Assembly (NCBI RefSeq): GCF_009914755.1
Contig: NC_060936.1
Reading direction: 5' to 3' (one strand)
DNA: 64,000 nt
Source: the human T2T-CHM13v2.0 reference genome, Homo sapiens
Part shown: positions 49,788 to 64,000 of the stretch, piece by piece
Layout of the letters: the number at the start of each line of letters is the position of its first letter
How positions within the stretch are numbered: position 1 is the stretch's first letter
The notes under the pieces: generated by a model
The model's input: the letters and a program-made list of their open reading frames with translations, nothing else
What the model was told of the DNA's origin: nothing
Database searches by the model: none
Translations under genes and position numbers: made by a program

Positions 49788-51458
49788 CTACAGCTCTCAA
49801 AAGAGGAAATTATGCAAAGGCAATTCACTCCATTTTTAAGACATTCTCTTTCATATATATATGTTTTTAAATTCTATACTTAAACTTTGCTTTAAAAGGG
49901 CCATAAATTAATACCCCAAGGACCATATTTACAATTGTGTAGAAAGCATGCAGTGGAAAATATATTCACCATAAAGAAATGCACTTTACAGCATTTAAAA
50001 AACATGTTTCCTTAAGATATACTGTTAATCATGATATAGTACAACTGGACCATGTTGATTTCATTCCCTTGCAAAATCTCTTAGAGGTTCTGTTAAACCT
50101 GATTGACAGCACAACCCATTACTCTAATTTACTGGTTCTCTGCATGGCAGAATAAAATTAACAGTGTCACCATTGCCAAGCCACAGCTCAACAGAAGATC
50201 TGAGGAGCCAAAAGCCTGTGTTATTATATGAGCAATTCTCTTCTTGTCTTTAAAGCCCACAGTGAATTCTAAACCCAGAAGTCTCTGAAAAGCAGATTTC
50301 TAAGTTGAATATAAACATGAGATGGCAAAAATCGAACCCAAGGGCAGAAGGCATGCCAGGCTTATGAATACTCCCAAATGATTCTGAGAAAGCTTTGCGG
50401 CAGTGCAAGTTTATCATGAACTTTAAACTGATCTATTGAACCGTCTCAGTTGCGTGACTTAGTAGAGCTGACCCACTGAGTAACAGACACATCCGTTACT
50501 ACAAATGAGCATATTAACAAGTATAACTCAAGATAATGCCTGAATATGTGAGAAATTCATTCAGCCACAGCTGCAAATGGGGTTTTATGACCATATAAAT
50601 ATAACCTATAAATTAGATCATGCCTTTTCATTTGTAGAAAGTTTTACATATTAAAAAAATAAAGCTGGCTAAAAATAAAAATGATAATCCCTGAGAACAA
50701 AGGCATAACATCTGTAAACAGATGCAAACTGAATCTAAGCTACAGATTGTCATATCTGTTTTTAAATGTAGCTTAGTTTGAAAGCAGACAACTGAGACCA
50801 TTTTAGGAAAACTCAGTTATCATATTCACTTTTGAATTTCACCCTATCATTGAATTTTGGGGTGAGGAGCGGTCTTGGAGATTGCCTAGTTCTGCTTCAT
50901 ATGAGATGTCTGCATTGCCTCTCCTGTGTTCTTGTATGGACAAGGCCTGATTGTTCTCCTAGCAGTTCAGTGTGCGTTGCCTTTATTTATATTGCAAAGC
51001 ATAGGAGAGTGTATGGGACCCTAGGTTAGAAGAAAGACACTATTTCAGATAACACAAACACTCCATTCTGTAGCCCCCAAATAAACAGAAGTAAAGGCTT
51101 CTGCCTCACTTGTCAAAATGAGAAATCAGTGTTTTCACACTCATGCTGGAAATCATGTTTATCCTTTGTTTTCTGTTCAATTTCTATTTTTAATGATCTT
51201 TCCCTTGCTCTCTTCTTCACTATGCTTTTACCCCAATATTTCTCATAGTTTCTACATTTTCACAAGTTACTAAATATTGGAGCTTTCTGAGCTTTGTGTG
51301 ATATTTTACCCCAAATAATAGCTTTTTAAAATGGAATATGTATCTTTAAGCAGGCCACTTCCAAAGATAAACAGCAACAAGAGATAGAAATGATGTTAGA
51401 AGGCATGTCAACTTTTATTTGCCGACAGACTTCTCCCTTAGAAAAGAGATGGGAAGCA

Positions 51459-51759
51459 GGCCGGGTGCGGTGGCTCAAACCTGTAATCTCAGCACTTTGG
51501 GAGGTCGAGGAAGGTGGATGGCCTGAGCTCAAGAGTTTGAGACCACCCAGGGCAACATGGTGAAACCCCGTCTCTACTAAAAATGCAAAAAAAATTAACC
51601 AAGTGTGGTGGTGCATGCCTCTATTCCCAGCTACTTGGGAGGCTGAGGCCAGAGAATCACTTGAGCCCCCAGAAGCAAAGGTTGCATGAACCGAGATCGT
51701 GCCACTGCACTCCAGCTTGGGCTACAGAGTGAGACACTGTCTCAAAAAAAAAAAGAAAA
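51459..51759 (+). mobile_element. Alu (AluS/J)
   Basis: Full Alu; TSD agaaaagaga(t/g)gggaa. Confidence 0.96.
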
Positions 51760-51883
51760 GAGAGGGGAAATTAAAAAGCTGTTTTTCATGAGCTGATTGA
51801 AACATCTGACTCCGAGACGATTTCTATACCCACAAGATGTATGATTTTAGAAGACTGTAAACTCTATCTTCCCAGGCTGCTCA

Positions 51884-52312
<429 letters not shown>

Positions 52313-53030
52313 CTATGGAGAAGCCCCCTACAAGCATCCATGTCTGCTTTCTTGGAACACAGTCATTGCCGGGTGAAGGAGTCCAGCCTAGCTTCCTTGA
52401 AGACGAATGTTCAAATAGAGAGGCCCAGCATGCAAGCTAAGCCCAGTCCTCCATCAACTTGCCAGGTGACTGCAGCCACATGAGTGACCACAGGCAAGCC
52501 CAGCAGCAGTATCCAACCAACCCACAAAACCCTAAGAAATAATAAATCGTTGTTTTAAGCCATAAATTTTGGAGTAGTTATGCAATAAAGGCTGAAATAG
52601 GGGTGGGGTGCTATTATACCAAACAAAAAAACTAAACATATGGTATCAGGTAACTATTAGAAACTGGAGAGAGGATGGCCCACATTCTGTAGGAGAGGAA
52701 AAATCGGTAAAACTGTTGCCCATGGTAACTCAGAAGGTTAAGAAATCCACCTAATAAACTTGTGAGTCTGGCAAAGGGGATTTAAAAGCAAAATTTGGGA
52801 GAATCAGTTGGCTTTTTTTTTTTTAAGCTGTGTATGATGCAGCATGGAAAGAAAAAGATAAACAAAAGAATTGTTCAGTTTGCAAGTCAAATTTAGAGAA
52901 AAAAGAGCTAGGGTGTTCTAGATCAGGAAAGAAAACTGTTCAGTATTTCTAATATCTCCAATCAGCAAAACATCATCAAAATAAGAGATGACCTTAGTGT
53001 TGAATTAAAGATGTGGCTGGTGGTAAGATC

Positions 53031-53340
53031 TTTTGTTGTTTTTTGTTTTTTGTTTTTTTTTGAGACAGAGTCTCGCTCTGTCGCCCAGGCTGGAGTGCAG
53101 TGGCGCAATCTCGGCTCCCTGCAAGCTCCGCCTCCTGGGTTCACGTCATTCTCCTGCCTCAGCCTCCTGAGTAGCTGGGACTACAGGTGCCCACCATCAC
53201 GCCCAGCTAATTTTTGTATTTTTAGTAGAGACGGGGTTTCACTGTGTTAGCCAGGATGGTCTCGATCTCCTGACCTTGTGATCCACCCGCCTCAGCCTCC
53301 ACAGTGCTGAGATTACAGGCATGAGCCACCATGCCCGGCC
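53031..53340 (-). mobile_element. Alu (AluY/Sc-like)
   Basis: Reverse Alu; TSD aagatctttttgtt. Confidence 0.96.
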
Positions 53341-54309
53341 AAGATCTTTTGTTAAGACATCAGATTTAAGGGAACACGTAGCAGACATTTCTCAGCAAGG
53401 TAAAAGGATTTCTAAGAACCTTAAAACATTGTCTCACCTGTGGGACAAATTAGAGAGGTTTGTCTCAAAAAGAATTATGGCTTTGGGGTATGGAGTAAAC
53501 CCCAATAAGACACGCAGCAAACCCACACAGTTTCTGAGATTATTATATTGGTGAGAGCACCACTGGTTTGAATTAGAAGGGACAAAGACCATTCACAATG
53601 AAGAGAGTTTGGGGCTAAATTTTTTATAGTTGGTAAACAAGCTGGGAAGTCTACTCAGCTACAAAGATGGGCCATTTTTATTGAAAAGGAAAAACATCTC
53701 GGAAGGCAGAACCCAAATATCACAGCAGAGCCAAAAGCTGGGAAAAAAAAAAAACAGGACTAGACAATCACTCCAAGGAAGCAAAGTGAGTTCTCATCAA
53801 GTATTCCCTGTCACCAAAGGAATGGGTCCTGGCAATGTGTGTCCAGATAGATTTCAAAATTCCTACAGGCTAATCATTGCTAAGTACCTTCCATTCCTCA
53901 CATTTTTAAAATGAGAATATCTATGTGAATATTCTCTCTCTGCCTCACCTTTGTGTGTTGGATGGAAGTGAGGAGGGCAGCAAACTTCTTTTAGTTCTCT
54001 GGTGTCTGCGTCAAGAAGAACACATACTGCTTTTGGACCTAATGCAGACAGATTATAAAATAATGGATTTTGAGTATGATGCCATAACTGGATGAGACTT
54101 TGGGAGTCTTGGGAAGGGACTTGAATTACTGGGAGAGAATGCAGATTGTGGTATATTTTTACTATAATGGCTCCCAATGAACTACAATATCCTGTGTCCA
54201 CCTGCTTTTGCAAAGTGACTTTGCCACCCCACCCATCAAGAGGTAGAATCTACTTCTCTACCCCTTTAATCTGAGCTGAACTTGTTTTATTATAATAGAA
54301 TTTAGCCTA

Positions 54310-54642
<333 letters not shown>

Positions 54643-55199
54643 CTAGACCATAACAAGTCAGGCAGCTTCTATTTACACTGTCTTGTGAAGTGGCCGTCAT
54701 CATGTGAAAAACTTTGGTCTTTCTCCTTGAGGATGAATGACTACATGGAGAGAGGGGCCTAGTTGACTCAGATGAGCCCAGCCCCAGGCAATCAAGCAGC
54801 TAAATGCAGCTGTGGGAGTGAACCCTGACAATGCCAAAAAAAAAAAAAAAAAAACACCTGATCAATCCACAGAACAGGGAAGGGGGAAAATTACTTTTTT
54901 TTAAGCCCGCAAATTTTGGGGTGATTTGTTATGCAGCAAAAGTGACTGAAACAGTACATAATGAAATGCCTGTTTAATAATAGGTGTCTAATTAATTTCA
55001 AATCCCTTTCTTAAATTGTCAGAAGGGCTAATTCCCAAATTTCTGCAGTCATAGTTAAGCCTTACATAGATACAGATAATCTGACCAGCTTTCTCAAGCT
55101 TCACAGTGCATAAAAAATTCCTCTTTAGAAACATAAAAAAGAAAAAAATGCTCCATCCTTTACCCTGCCTTATCTCCTCTCAAAGTGGGTTTATGAACG

Positions 55200-55683
55200 T
55201 GTATTAGTTATCCATACTAGCATAACAAATGGTCCCCAAATTTAGCAGCTCAAAACAATAATTATCTGACAGTTTCTGAGAGTCAGGAATCCAGCAGTGA
55301 CTTAGTTGGGCAATTATGACTCAGAGCCTTCATGAGGTGGTAGTCAAGCCAGGGCTAAGTTTATGAAGACTTGTCAAGGGTTGAAGCATCTACTTCCATG
55401 TTGACTCATATGTCTACTGGAAGGAGGCTTCAGTTCCAAATGATGTAGGCCTCTCCACAAAGCTGTTCATGACATGGCTTATGACCCATGACATTAGAGC
55501 AAATAGTATCAGATAAAGCACCCAAGAAGGAAATCAGTTTTTCATAACCTAATCTTGGAAGTGACATCCCATAACTTCTCCTGCATGCTTCTAAACTCAT
55601 AGTCCAACCATAGAACAATGTGAGGGAATTAGTCAAGAGATAGCAAGAATCACAGGGGGCCATCTGGGAGGCTGGATATCACA
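55200..55683 (-). mobile_element. MLT1F-like MaLR LTR
   Basis: tgtattagttatc...cccaaatttagcagctcaaaacaa ... ggggccatctgggaggctgg. Confidence 0.75.
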
Positions 55684-56267
55684 AGCAAAGAATAATTTAT
55701 CCGCAGTCACACATCTCTCTAGATGCAAAGTGCTAGTGTGTCTCCTACCTCAGTTAGCGTTCTACGTTCATTGTAAGCAACAGCAGCCAGCTCTAGCTAA
55801 TTTAAGTAGAAAAGGAACTCAATGAAAGGATCCTAGGTTCTCACAGAACTAAAAGGAAATCTTACAAACAAGGCTCAGAAACTGTCAGGATATTTGCTGA
55901 ATGATTAAAGAGATATTTGATAAATGAAAATATTACATTTATAATATTTTACATTTGTTTAGATACTATTATAAGAAGTACATTAAACAATCACAGCCTA
56001 AGGGATGTAATCAAAATGCAAATTTATTTTTGTTTTCTATTCTCTCTTTAAATTTTATCCACTGGAAAAAGTTTTTCTCTGCTTTTAGATAACAATCCCT
56101 AGCAGACCTGAGGATTTTCTGATCATGCTTAGGAAATAAGCCTCAAAATCACTTAATATTTGTAAAACATAATCTTGATTTAGAAATTTAAATGTCCAGC
56201 CCAAAATATTAATCAATACTTCAGTCTTCAAAGATGAGAATTCTCCTGCATCTGTCCTCCACCAGTC

Positions 56268-56797
56268 TGTATATTTACTTTCTATTGTTGCTGTAACAAA
56301 TTACCACTAACGTAATGGCTTACAACCTACAAATGTATCGTCTTACAGTTCTAGAGGTCAGCAGTCCTAGATGGGTCTCACTGGGCTAAAATGAAGGTGT
56401 TGGTAGGTCGACATTTCATCCTGGAGACTCTAGGAGACTGTTTCCTTGCCTTTTCCAGCTTCTAAAGGCTGCCTGCATTTGTTGGCTCACCGTGCCCTTC
56501 CTCCGTCTTCAAAATCAGCAATAATGGACTCAGTCCTCAAATCTTGTCACTCCAGCCTTCTCTTCTGCCTCCCTCTCCCACTTTTAAGAAACTCCATGAT
56601 TACATTGGGTGCATGTAGATAACCCAGGATACTCTCCCTGTTTTAAGATCAGCTGATTAGCAAACTGAATTCTATCTGGAATCTTAATTCCCCTTTGCCA
56701 TGTAAAGTTACATTTTTACAGTTTCCAAGGATTAGGACGTAGACATCTTTGCGTGTTTGGGGGTCGTGGTTCGGGAGTCACTATTCTGCTTACCGCA
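56268..56797 (-). mobile_element. MLT1D/E-like MaLR LTR
   Basis: ttctattgttgctgtaacaaattaccac ... ggattaggacgtagacatctttg. Confidence 0.8.
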
Positions 56798-57469
56798 GCC
56801 TATAATACAGCAGCCAATCACAGGACAACCACTGGTGAGGATTAACACAGTGTGGTGGGATCATGAAACAGCAGAAAGGGAAGTAGCACCACCTGGCAGT
56901 GGTGGCTAGTTAAGATTATTCCCTATTTATTAAACCTATGTTGAAAGAAGAGGCTAAAAGCCTAACAAGTGGAGTTATACTGAAAAAGTAAACGATCTGC
57001 TTATTTATTTCTGCCTTCAGAGAATCACTTGACTATACTGCCCAGCCACAACCCCATTAATGGTACTTGTGGTACCAAATGTAAAGAGTCTAAAACTTCA
57101 CTCATTGGAAATATGGTGCCTCACAGCAAAGGTTTCAAATGCAACCCATTTAACTACCAAAATGAAAATTGGTCTTATTCCCCCGAAGTACACAACACCC
57201 TCATGAAGAAATAAACACTTCTTGCTGGTACCTATTGATGTTAAATTTCTTGTTTTATTTGAAAATGCTACCAATCCTGACACCACCCAGCTGAGGGTTG
57301 TCTGACAGCAGCAGCTGCAAGGAGCTAAAAATTATGAAATTAAATTTGTAGTTTTGATTACTGCGATTGGCCAACACTGGGTTATCTGGTTTGGAAATCT
57401 GTGTGTAATACATACATACAACAAATTCTTTATTTTGAAAAAAGTACATAATTTGTATTAATAAAAAAA

Positions 57470-59280
57470 TCAGCTTCTTGCTAAATAGCAACACAAAAGC
57501 ATATGAAAGTATAAATCTCACTGCTAAGGGTAAATACATAGACAAATACAGAATAATGTAATATTGTAATGGTGGTGCATAAATCACTTTTAACCCCAGC
57601 ATAAAAGACAAAAGTATTAAGAATATAACCACAAAATATTGGTTAATGGATACACAACATAAAAAGCAAATTCTGACATCAATAACAAACTGGGGAATGG
57701 GAGAGTAAAAGTGTAGTTTTTGTATGTGATTGAAGTTATCAGCTCAAAATAGACTGGTACAATTCTAAGGAGGGTTATGCAAGCTTCACAGTAACTACAA
57801 AGAAAAAATCTTCAGCAGATACAAGAAAGGGAAAAGAATCCGAGTATATAACCATAAAAAATTATCAAATCACAAAGACAGCAAGAGGGGAAGAGAGGAA
57901 CAAAAGAACCACAAAACAGAAACCAATGAACAAAATGGCAGTAGTCAGTTCTTACCAATCAATAATTTCTTTAAATGTAAATGTATTAAATTCCCCAATC
58001 AAAGATACAGAGTAGCTGAATGGATTAAAAAGCAAGATCTAATTATAGGGTGTCTACAAAAGACTCACTTTAGCTTTAAGGACACACGTAGGCTGAAAGT
58101 GAAGGGATGAAACAAGATATATCATGCAAATGGTCACCAAAACAGAGCGTAAGCAGCTTTTCTTATATTAGACAAAAAGACTTCAAGTCAAAAACTGTCA
58201 CAAGAGACAAAGAAGGTCATTACATAATGATAAAAGGGTCAATTCAACAGGAAGACGTAACAATTATATATGCACCCAACATCAGAGCGCCTATATATAT
58301 AAAGCACACATTGATAAATATGAAGGGAGAAATAGGAGTAGAATGTATTAGGAGACTTCAATACCCCACTTTCAATAATAGTTCATCCAGACATTAGAGA
58401 AATAAAGAAACAGTGGTTTTGAATAACACTATAGGCCAAATGGAGCTAACAGACATGTACGGAACCTTCTACCTAACGGCAGCAGAATAAAAATTCCTCT
58501 CAACTGCACATGAAAGATTCTCCAAGATAGATTACATGCAAGGTCACAAAACAAGTTCTGACAAATTTAAGAAGACTGAAATAATTTCAATTATCTTTTT
58601 TGACTACAAAGAAATGAAACTAGAAATCAATAAAAGAAAACTGGAAAAATTCACAAATACATGGAAACTAAACAATATATTCAACCATTGGGTCAAAGAA
58701 GAAATTTTAAAAATTAGAAGATATTGTGAGACAAACAAAAACATAACATGCCAAAACTTATGGGAGGCGGCAAAAGCAGTGCTGAAATGGAAGTGTATAA
58801 ATGTCTACATTAAAAAAGTGTATAAATGTCTACATTAAAAAAGATCTCAAACAACCTAACATCATACCTGAAGGAACTAGAAAAAGAAATAAGCCCAAAA
58901 CTAGCAGAAAGAAGGAAATAATAAAGACTAGAGCAGAAATAAATGAAGACCAGAAAACAAAAGAAAAATCGACAAACTGAAAAGTTTTTTAAAAAAGATA
59001 ATCAAAATCAACAAACCCTTAACTAAACTAGGAAAAAATAAGATAAAATCAGAAATAGGAGATATAATCAATGCCAAAGAAATTTTTAAAAGGAACTAAT
59101 ATGAACAATTACATGTTAACACATTGGACAACCTAGAAGAAATGAGTAAATTCCTAGAAACATACAAGCTACCAAGATTGAATCAAGAAGAAATAGAAAG
59201 CCTGAACAGATCAATAACAAATAAGGAGACTGAATCAGTAATTTAAAACTTTCAATCAAAGAAAAGCCCAGGGACCAATT
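57470..59280 (+). mobile_element. Old L1M fragment (inter-ORF region and ORF2 endonuclease), decayed
   Basis: [17 protein letters not shown]-type ORF2 remnants (58107-58838). Confidence 0.88.
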
Positions 59281-59389
59281 GGAAGAAGAAACCACTGAAT
59301 TGGAGGCAGTGAAAAAAGGCAACTGGAGCGTACTTTCCAAGAAGTTGCACACAGTGAGATAGCTGAGGAAGGGCCAAATTACTTAGGGT

Positions 59390-59660
59390 GGCCAGGTGGC
59401 CTCACACTTCCAATTCCAGCTCTTTGTGAGGCCAGGGTGGAAAGATAGTTCAAGGCCAGGAGTTCGAGACAAGCCTGGGCAACATATTGAGTCCCTGTCT
59501 CTACAAAAAATTTAAAAAATAGCCAAGCATGGTGGTGCTTGCCTGTACTCCCAGCTACTCAGGAAGCTAATGTAGAATCACTCACTTGACCCCATGAAAT
59601 CAAGCTGCAGTGAATTGTGATCGCACCATTGCATTCCAGCCTGGGCAACAAAGTGAGACA
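59390..59660 (+). mobile_element. Degenerate AluJo-like
   Basis: aggccaggagttcgagacaagcctgggcaac ... cagcctgggcaacaaagtgaga. Confidence 0.85.
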
Positions 59661-60034
59661 GCCATAGTTGCCCTTTGTGCTTCTTCCTCAAACATAGTCT
59701 ATCTACAGAGTATAAGCCATCTCTTTATTTATTGATTTTGCAGCCTTTCTTGCTAGCAGACTGCCTAGAAATTTCCCAATCCACCCAGGCAGCATTTGTA
59801 CAGCAGTCTCAACGGAGAGAGTAAGGTGGAACAGAAAAGACTGCTATTTAAGGCTCATCTGGAATAATTTTTAATGCACGAAACATTCATGCATACACAC
59901 ACTTGCACGCACATGGTCCTAATACATGGCCAAGTTTCCCTTTTATGCCTGGATTATTCAGTCTCCCTTGCTAAACAGAAAACTGTACTATAATTCATTA
60001 TATTACTTAATGACAATTTAAAATAACTGTTTTC

Positions 60035-60307
60035 CTATCGCAAGAACAAAAAACCAAACACCGCATATTCTCACTCATAGCTGGGAATTGAACAATGAGA
60101 TCACATGGACACAGGAAGGGGAATATCACACTCTGGACTGTGGTGGGGTGGGGGGAGGGGGGAGGGATAGCATTGGGAGATATACCTAATGCTAGATGAC
60201 GAGTTAGTGAGTGCAGCGCACCAGCATGGCACATGTATACATATGTAACTAACCTGCACAATGTGCACATGTACCCTAAAACTTAAAGTATAATAAAAAA
60301 AATAAAT
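60035..60307 (+). mobile_element. Short L1PA2-like 3' end
   Basis: gcattgggagatatacctaatgctagatgacgag; perfect TSD aaataactgttttc at 60021-60034 and 60308-60321. Confidence 0.93.
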
Positions 60308-60373
60308 AAATAACTGTTTTCTTAGGAATCTTCACTGATTAACAATGTAATGGGTCTTACCATCATGCAAGTA

Positions 60374-61292
60374 CAAGTATGTGCCCCATGACCTTTCAGT
60401 CAATAATGGACTACATAAATGACAGTATGCACATAAGAGAATGGAGCTGGAGAATTCCTATCACCTAGTACTTACTATACTTGTTATTTTAGTGCATACT
60501 CCTACTTATTAAAAAAGTTAACTGTGAAACAGCCTCAGGTAGGTCCTTCAGTAGGTGTTCCAGAAAGAGGCATTGCTACATAGGAGATGACAGCTCCATA
60601 CATGTTACTGCCCCTTAAGACCTTCCAGGGGGACAAGATGTGGAGGTGGAAGACAGGGATATTGGTGATCCTGACTCTATGTAGGCCTATGCTAATGTGT
60701 GTCTTAGTCGCTAATAAAGTTTAAAAAGTAAACAAATTTTAAAAATAGAAAAAAGCTTATAGAATAAAGATATTTAAAAGGAAAATGTTTTTGTACAGCT
60801 GTACAATGTGATTTAAGCTAAGTGTTATTACAAAAGAGCTAAAAAGTTAAAAGTTCACAAGTTACAGTAAGCTAAGATTATTGAAGAAAATTGTTTTATA
60901 AATTTAGTGTAGCCTAAGTATACAGTTTTATAAAGTCTACAGTCGTGTGCAGCTGCAGCAATGTCCTAAACATTCATGTTCACTCACCACTCACTCGCTC
61001 AAAGCAGCTTTCAGTCCTGCAAGCTCCATTCATGCATTTTTAACTTTTATACCACATTTCTAGTGTACCTTTTGTGTTTAGATACATAATTACTTACCAT
61101 TGTGTTACAATTGCCTATAGTATTCAGTATAGTACAGTAACATGCTGTACAGGTTTGTAGTCAAGGAGCAATAGGCTATCCCACGTAGCCTAGGTGCGTA
61201 GTAAGCTACACCATCTAGGTTTGTGTAAGCAGACTCTAGGATGCTCACACAATAACAAAATGCCCATGAAGCATTTCTAAGAACATATCCAT
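60374..61292 (+). mobile_element. Tigger3-type (MER2 group) DNA transposon
   Basis: ggagctggagaattcctatcacctagt, caggtttgtagtcaaggagcaataggcta, catttctaagaacatatcc; right terminus appears missing. Confidence 0.82.
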
Positions 61293-61295
61293 TAC

Positions 61296-61459
61296 CGTAT
61301 TACCAGTCCAGTTTTGACCAGTAATAATTTGATAGTAGACCCATCAGAAAATTGCACCATTTTAGTGACATCTTCCTTTCCTTCGAGGTCCTGCTGTGGT
61401 TGAACGCCCTGTGCCTTTCCAGAGCTCCAACACTCTTCTGTGCGGACCTCCTGGTTCAT
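61296..61459 (-). CDS. Candidate first coding exon of putative 115-aa spliced ORF
   Basis: ATG at 61459, open frame MNQEVRTEECW...KTGLVIR, donor ACG|GTAATG; 5' exon boundary unresolved. Confidence 0.3.
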
Positions 61460-63522
61460 GAGATGGGCTTTCACTTCCTACTTCTCCCCATGTATTAGCT
61501 GTTCCTGATAAGCCCTGGTCACCCTCCCAGACCTACAGTCCACCTTGCTTCAGGTCCCCAGGTGTCAGGAAAACATACTGATGGGTTATTATCAACTGCT
61601 TAAAGCACCTCCACATTTCAGAAAACATTTCACACACAAAAGTTCAGAATCCTGGGAATCAGTCCGCATTTTATTTTATAGTACATTCATATAAGTTCCT
61701 GCATTTCCAAGGTAACCAGGTCACATTCAGGTTAGCACTGCTGGTAACAAAATCATACAACTACCCTGGCTTCAAAAACAAGATAGGGTAATGCACATTA
61801 ATATCTCTTTCCCTTTAATACTGCAGAAGACAATACATCACAAAATAAAATCTCAAAAATCACATGCCTTTTACAATCCAGTGTGAAGGCATATTATTTA
61901 TGTTAAAATTAGACCATGTGGAACATGAGAATAAAGAGTTTGAAAGCTCTCTAAAATTTCTCCCAATGCCATCTTTCGCTTCTAACTGCCAGTTGGCACA
62001 TTCAGCTTCAATGCCTTGGGAAGGGAGGAGCAGAGGAAAGCAGGGGGTCACTGAACTCCAAAACTCATGGTTTTCCAGGCTACTTCTATAGACATCACTT
62101 AACCTAAAATTCTAAAGAGTTAATATGCATGAGGGATGGTAATATAGGAAGCACCTGAAAAAAATTCCTCCAGTCACTGATGGGAAATTTAAGCTGTGAA
62201 TTTTTGTGAATTTTCAATTCCACAGAAAGCAAAATCTGTATCACATCCAGTAATATGTTAAGTTCTGAAGATACGTTTTCATTTTGCTGAATAAAAACCC
62301 TATGACCCATGTTCTGGTCTTGAACTAGGTCAGAAAAACACTGTAATCTCCATATGCAATATTTCCTATAGGCAACCTAAAAGTGCAGCTGCCCCAACCC
62401 TTGAAAAGTTTGAGAAGTCAAACTGAGCTATAATAAAGACACAAACAAATTAGGTAGGAGAAAATTCAAATAGGTGAGAAAGCAAGAAGTTAGATTTGTT
62501 TGGGTCTTTTTCCTAGATTAAAAAAAAATATTATAAAATGCTTTGGACCCTAGTCCAACATAGCTGGAATGATAAGTTATTTAAAATACAAGTCCCCATC
62601 CAGAAAGACAGTGTGCTTACGTAGCACCTGTCTCTTAGAAGTTCAATGTGCTTTAGGTATGATTATCAATTAATTGCATAATTACATTATTCAGAATATA
62701 CTCAGACTTACTGTTAACTCCAGTGACTAAAGAGCCCCTGCCACTTGCTGCCAAGAAAATGAGTCCTGAACTTACAAGGTTAGGAGTGAAACTGATATGT
62801 GTATTTGTTGACCCCAAAAGAAATACCACCCCTTTTCAAGGCAGAAAAAAATGAGAAGAGGGAGTAAGACACTTCTTTAAAAAGCCACAAAACATCTTAT
62901 GAAAAACCACAGCCAGTGCATATTTTATAATACAACCCCTGAAAAAAGCCCCCCAGCAGCAGGGTGAGCAGAGGGAGCCGTGAAGATTTTGAAACCAGAG
63001 TGACTTGCAGTAACTGCCTAACAATAAATTCACAGAGTAAAATGCAGAATAGTTGACATATAACCAAGGTTTATGTTGTATCTAGAAATATGTTTTATGC
63101 TTTAAAAAAAATTGCAATGCACTCCAAAAATTTTTTTCTGATAATTCATGTACAACAGAAGGCACTGTTATCCGCATAAATCCATTGATTCTGCATGGCA
63201 AAAACCTGAGACGTGCAAGTCTATCCAATCCTCTAAAACAACCTTGGGCATTCAGCCTTTGGAACATATGGGTTGTCCTTTTCCGTCCAATGATTGTTTT
63301 TCTTTCATTTCATACTTACAGTAGCTGTTTAAAATATATATTTCAGGGTGACAAAGGTCAAAGGGGAAAGAGTAGATAAAAGTGCTGCCTAATGCCAGAT
63401 GGTAACTGGCACAGCAGGAGGGCCCTAAAAGCAGCCCCTCATTTCATCCCCTTGACCCTCACACTCCTCTTGTGAAATAAAATGCAGCGATGACATTTGG
63501 TCAGCTGATGTTCTTTCCTTCA

Positions 63523-63627
<105 letters not shown>

Positions 63628-64000
63628 TCAAAAGAAAAGGGGAGAAGAAAAAAAAAGAATGCTTAAGGTGACAAAGTTGGAGATGACTCAAAGGAGCCAG
63701 ATTCTTTATATGCTTAGAACTGTGAAAGAATGTGACTGGTAGTATTAGTTATCCTGCCAAAGAATAACTAAGAATAACAGACCTATGTCAATAAGGTGGT
63801 ATGTTCACTACCATCGGAAAATCTGCAAAAAACGAGTGAAAAGAAAACACGTCTCAGAGGTGGATTCTACTTCACTGTCTCTACTGCTGAAAGGGGGCCC
63901 AGACTTCTCATATCAGGAAGGCTGACTGAGAATCTGCACAGAACTGAAAATCTAAGTCCATGCAGAAGAGCCAGCATTCTAAACTCTAGATGTCTAGTTT

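Noticed and set aside
62706-63320. Minus-strand GTAAGT donors near 62711, 62775 and 63319 as upstream exons
   Set aside because: Poor exon-side consensus, and no convincing acceptor or promoter could be assigned.

Overview
Primate (human-like) genomic DNA dominated by interspersed repeats: ~18 Alus, a full-length inactive L1PA3/4-type LINE-1 (21018-27219), a nested stack of older L1s (33.1-43.0 kb), MaLR/ERV LTRs, hAT and Tigger DNA transposon fossils, and L2/MIR remnants. No known protein-coding gene is recognisable, and most ORFs in the track are repeat-derived. Repeat family and subfamily calls come from remembered consensus features and need RepeatMasker/Dfam confirmation. Highlights: (1) a candidate minus-strand 4-exon transcript (61.4k > 49.7k > 48.2k > 31.6k) whose splice phases join into one 115-aa ORF ending before an AATAAA; (2) an inverted 105-bp copy of that transcript's 3' end, inserted 2 kb away between 18-bp direct repeats with a fold-back junction; (3) a 127-bp tract identical between two diverged L1s, including a shared frameshift (likely gene conversion); (4) nested target-site duplications (TSDs) that may record an L1's parent locus; (5) a 5'-inverted AluY; (6) a 76-bp near-perfect palindrome; (7) an unidentified 3'-UTR-like retrocopy.
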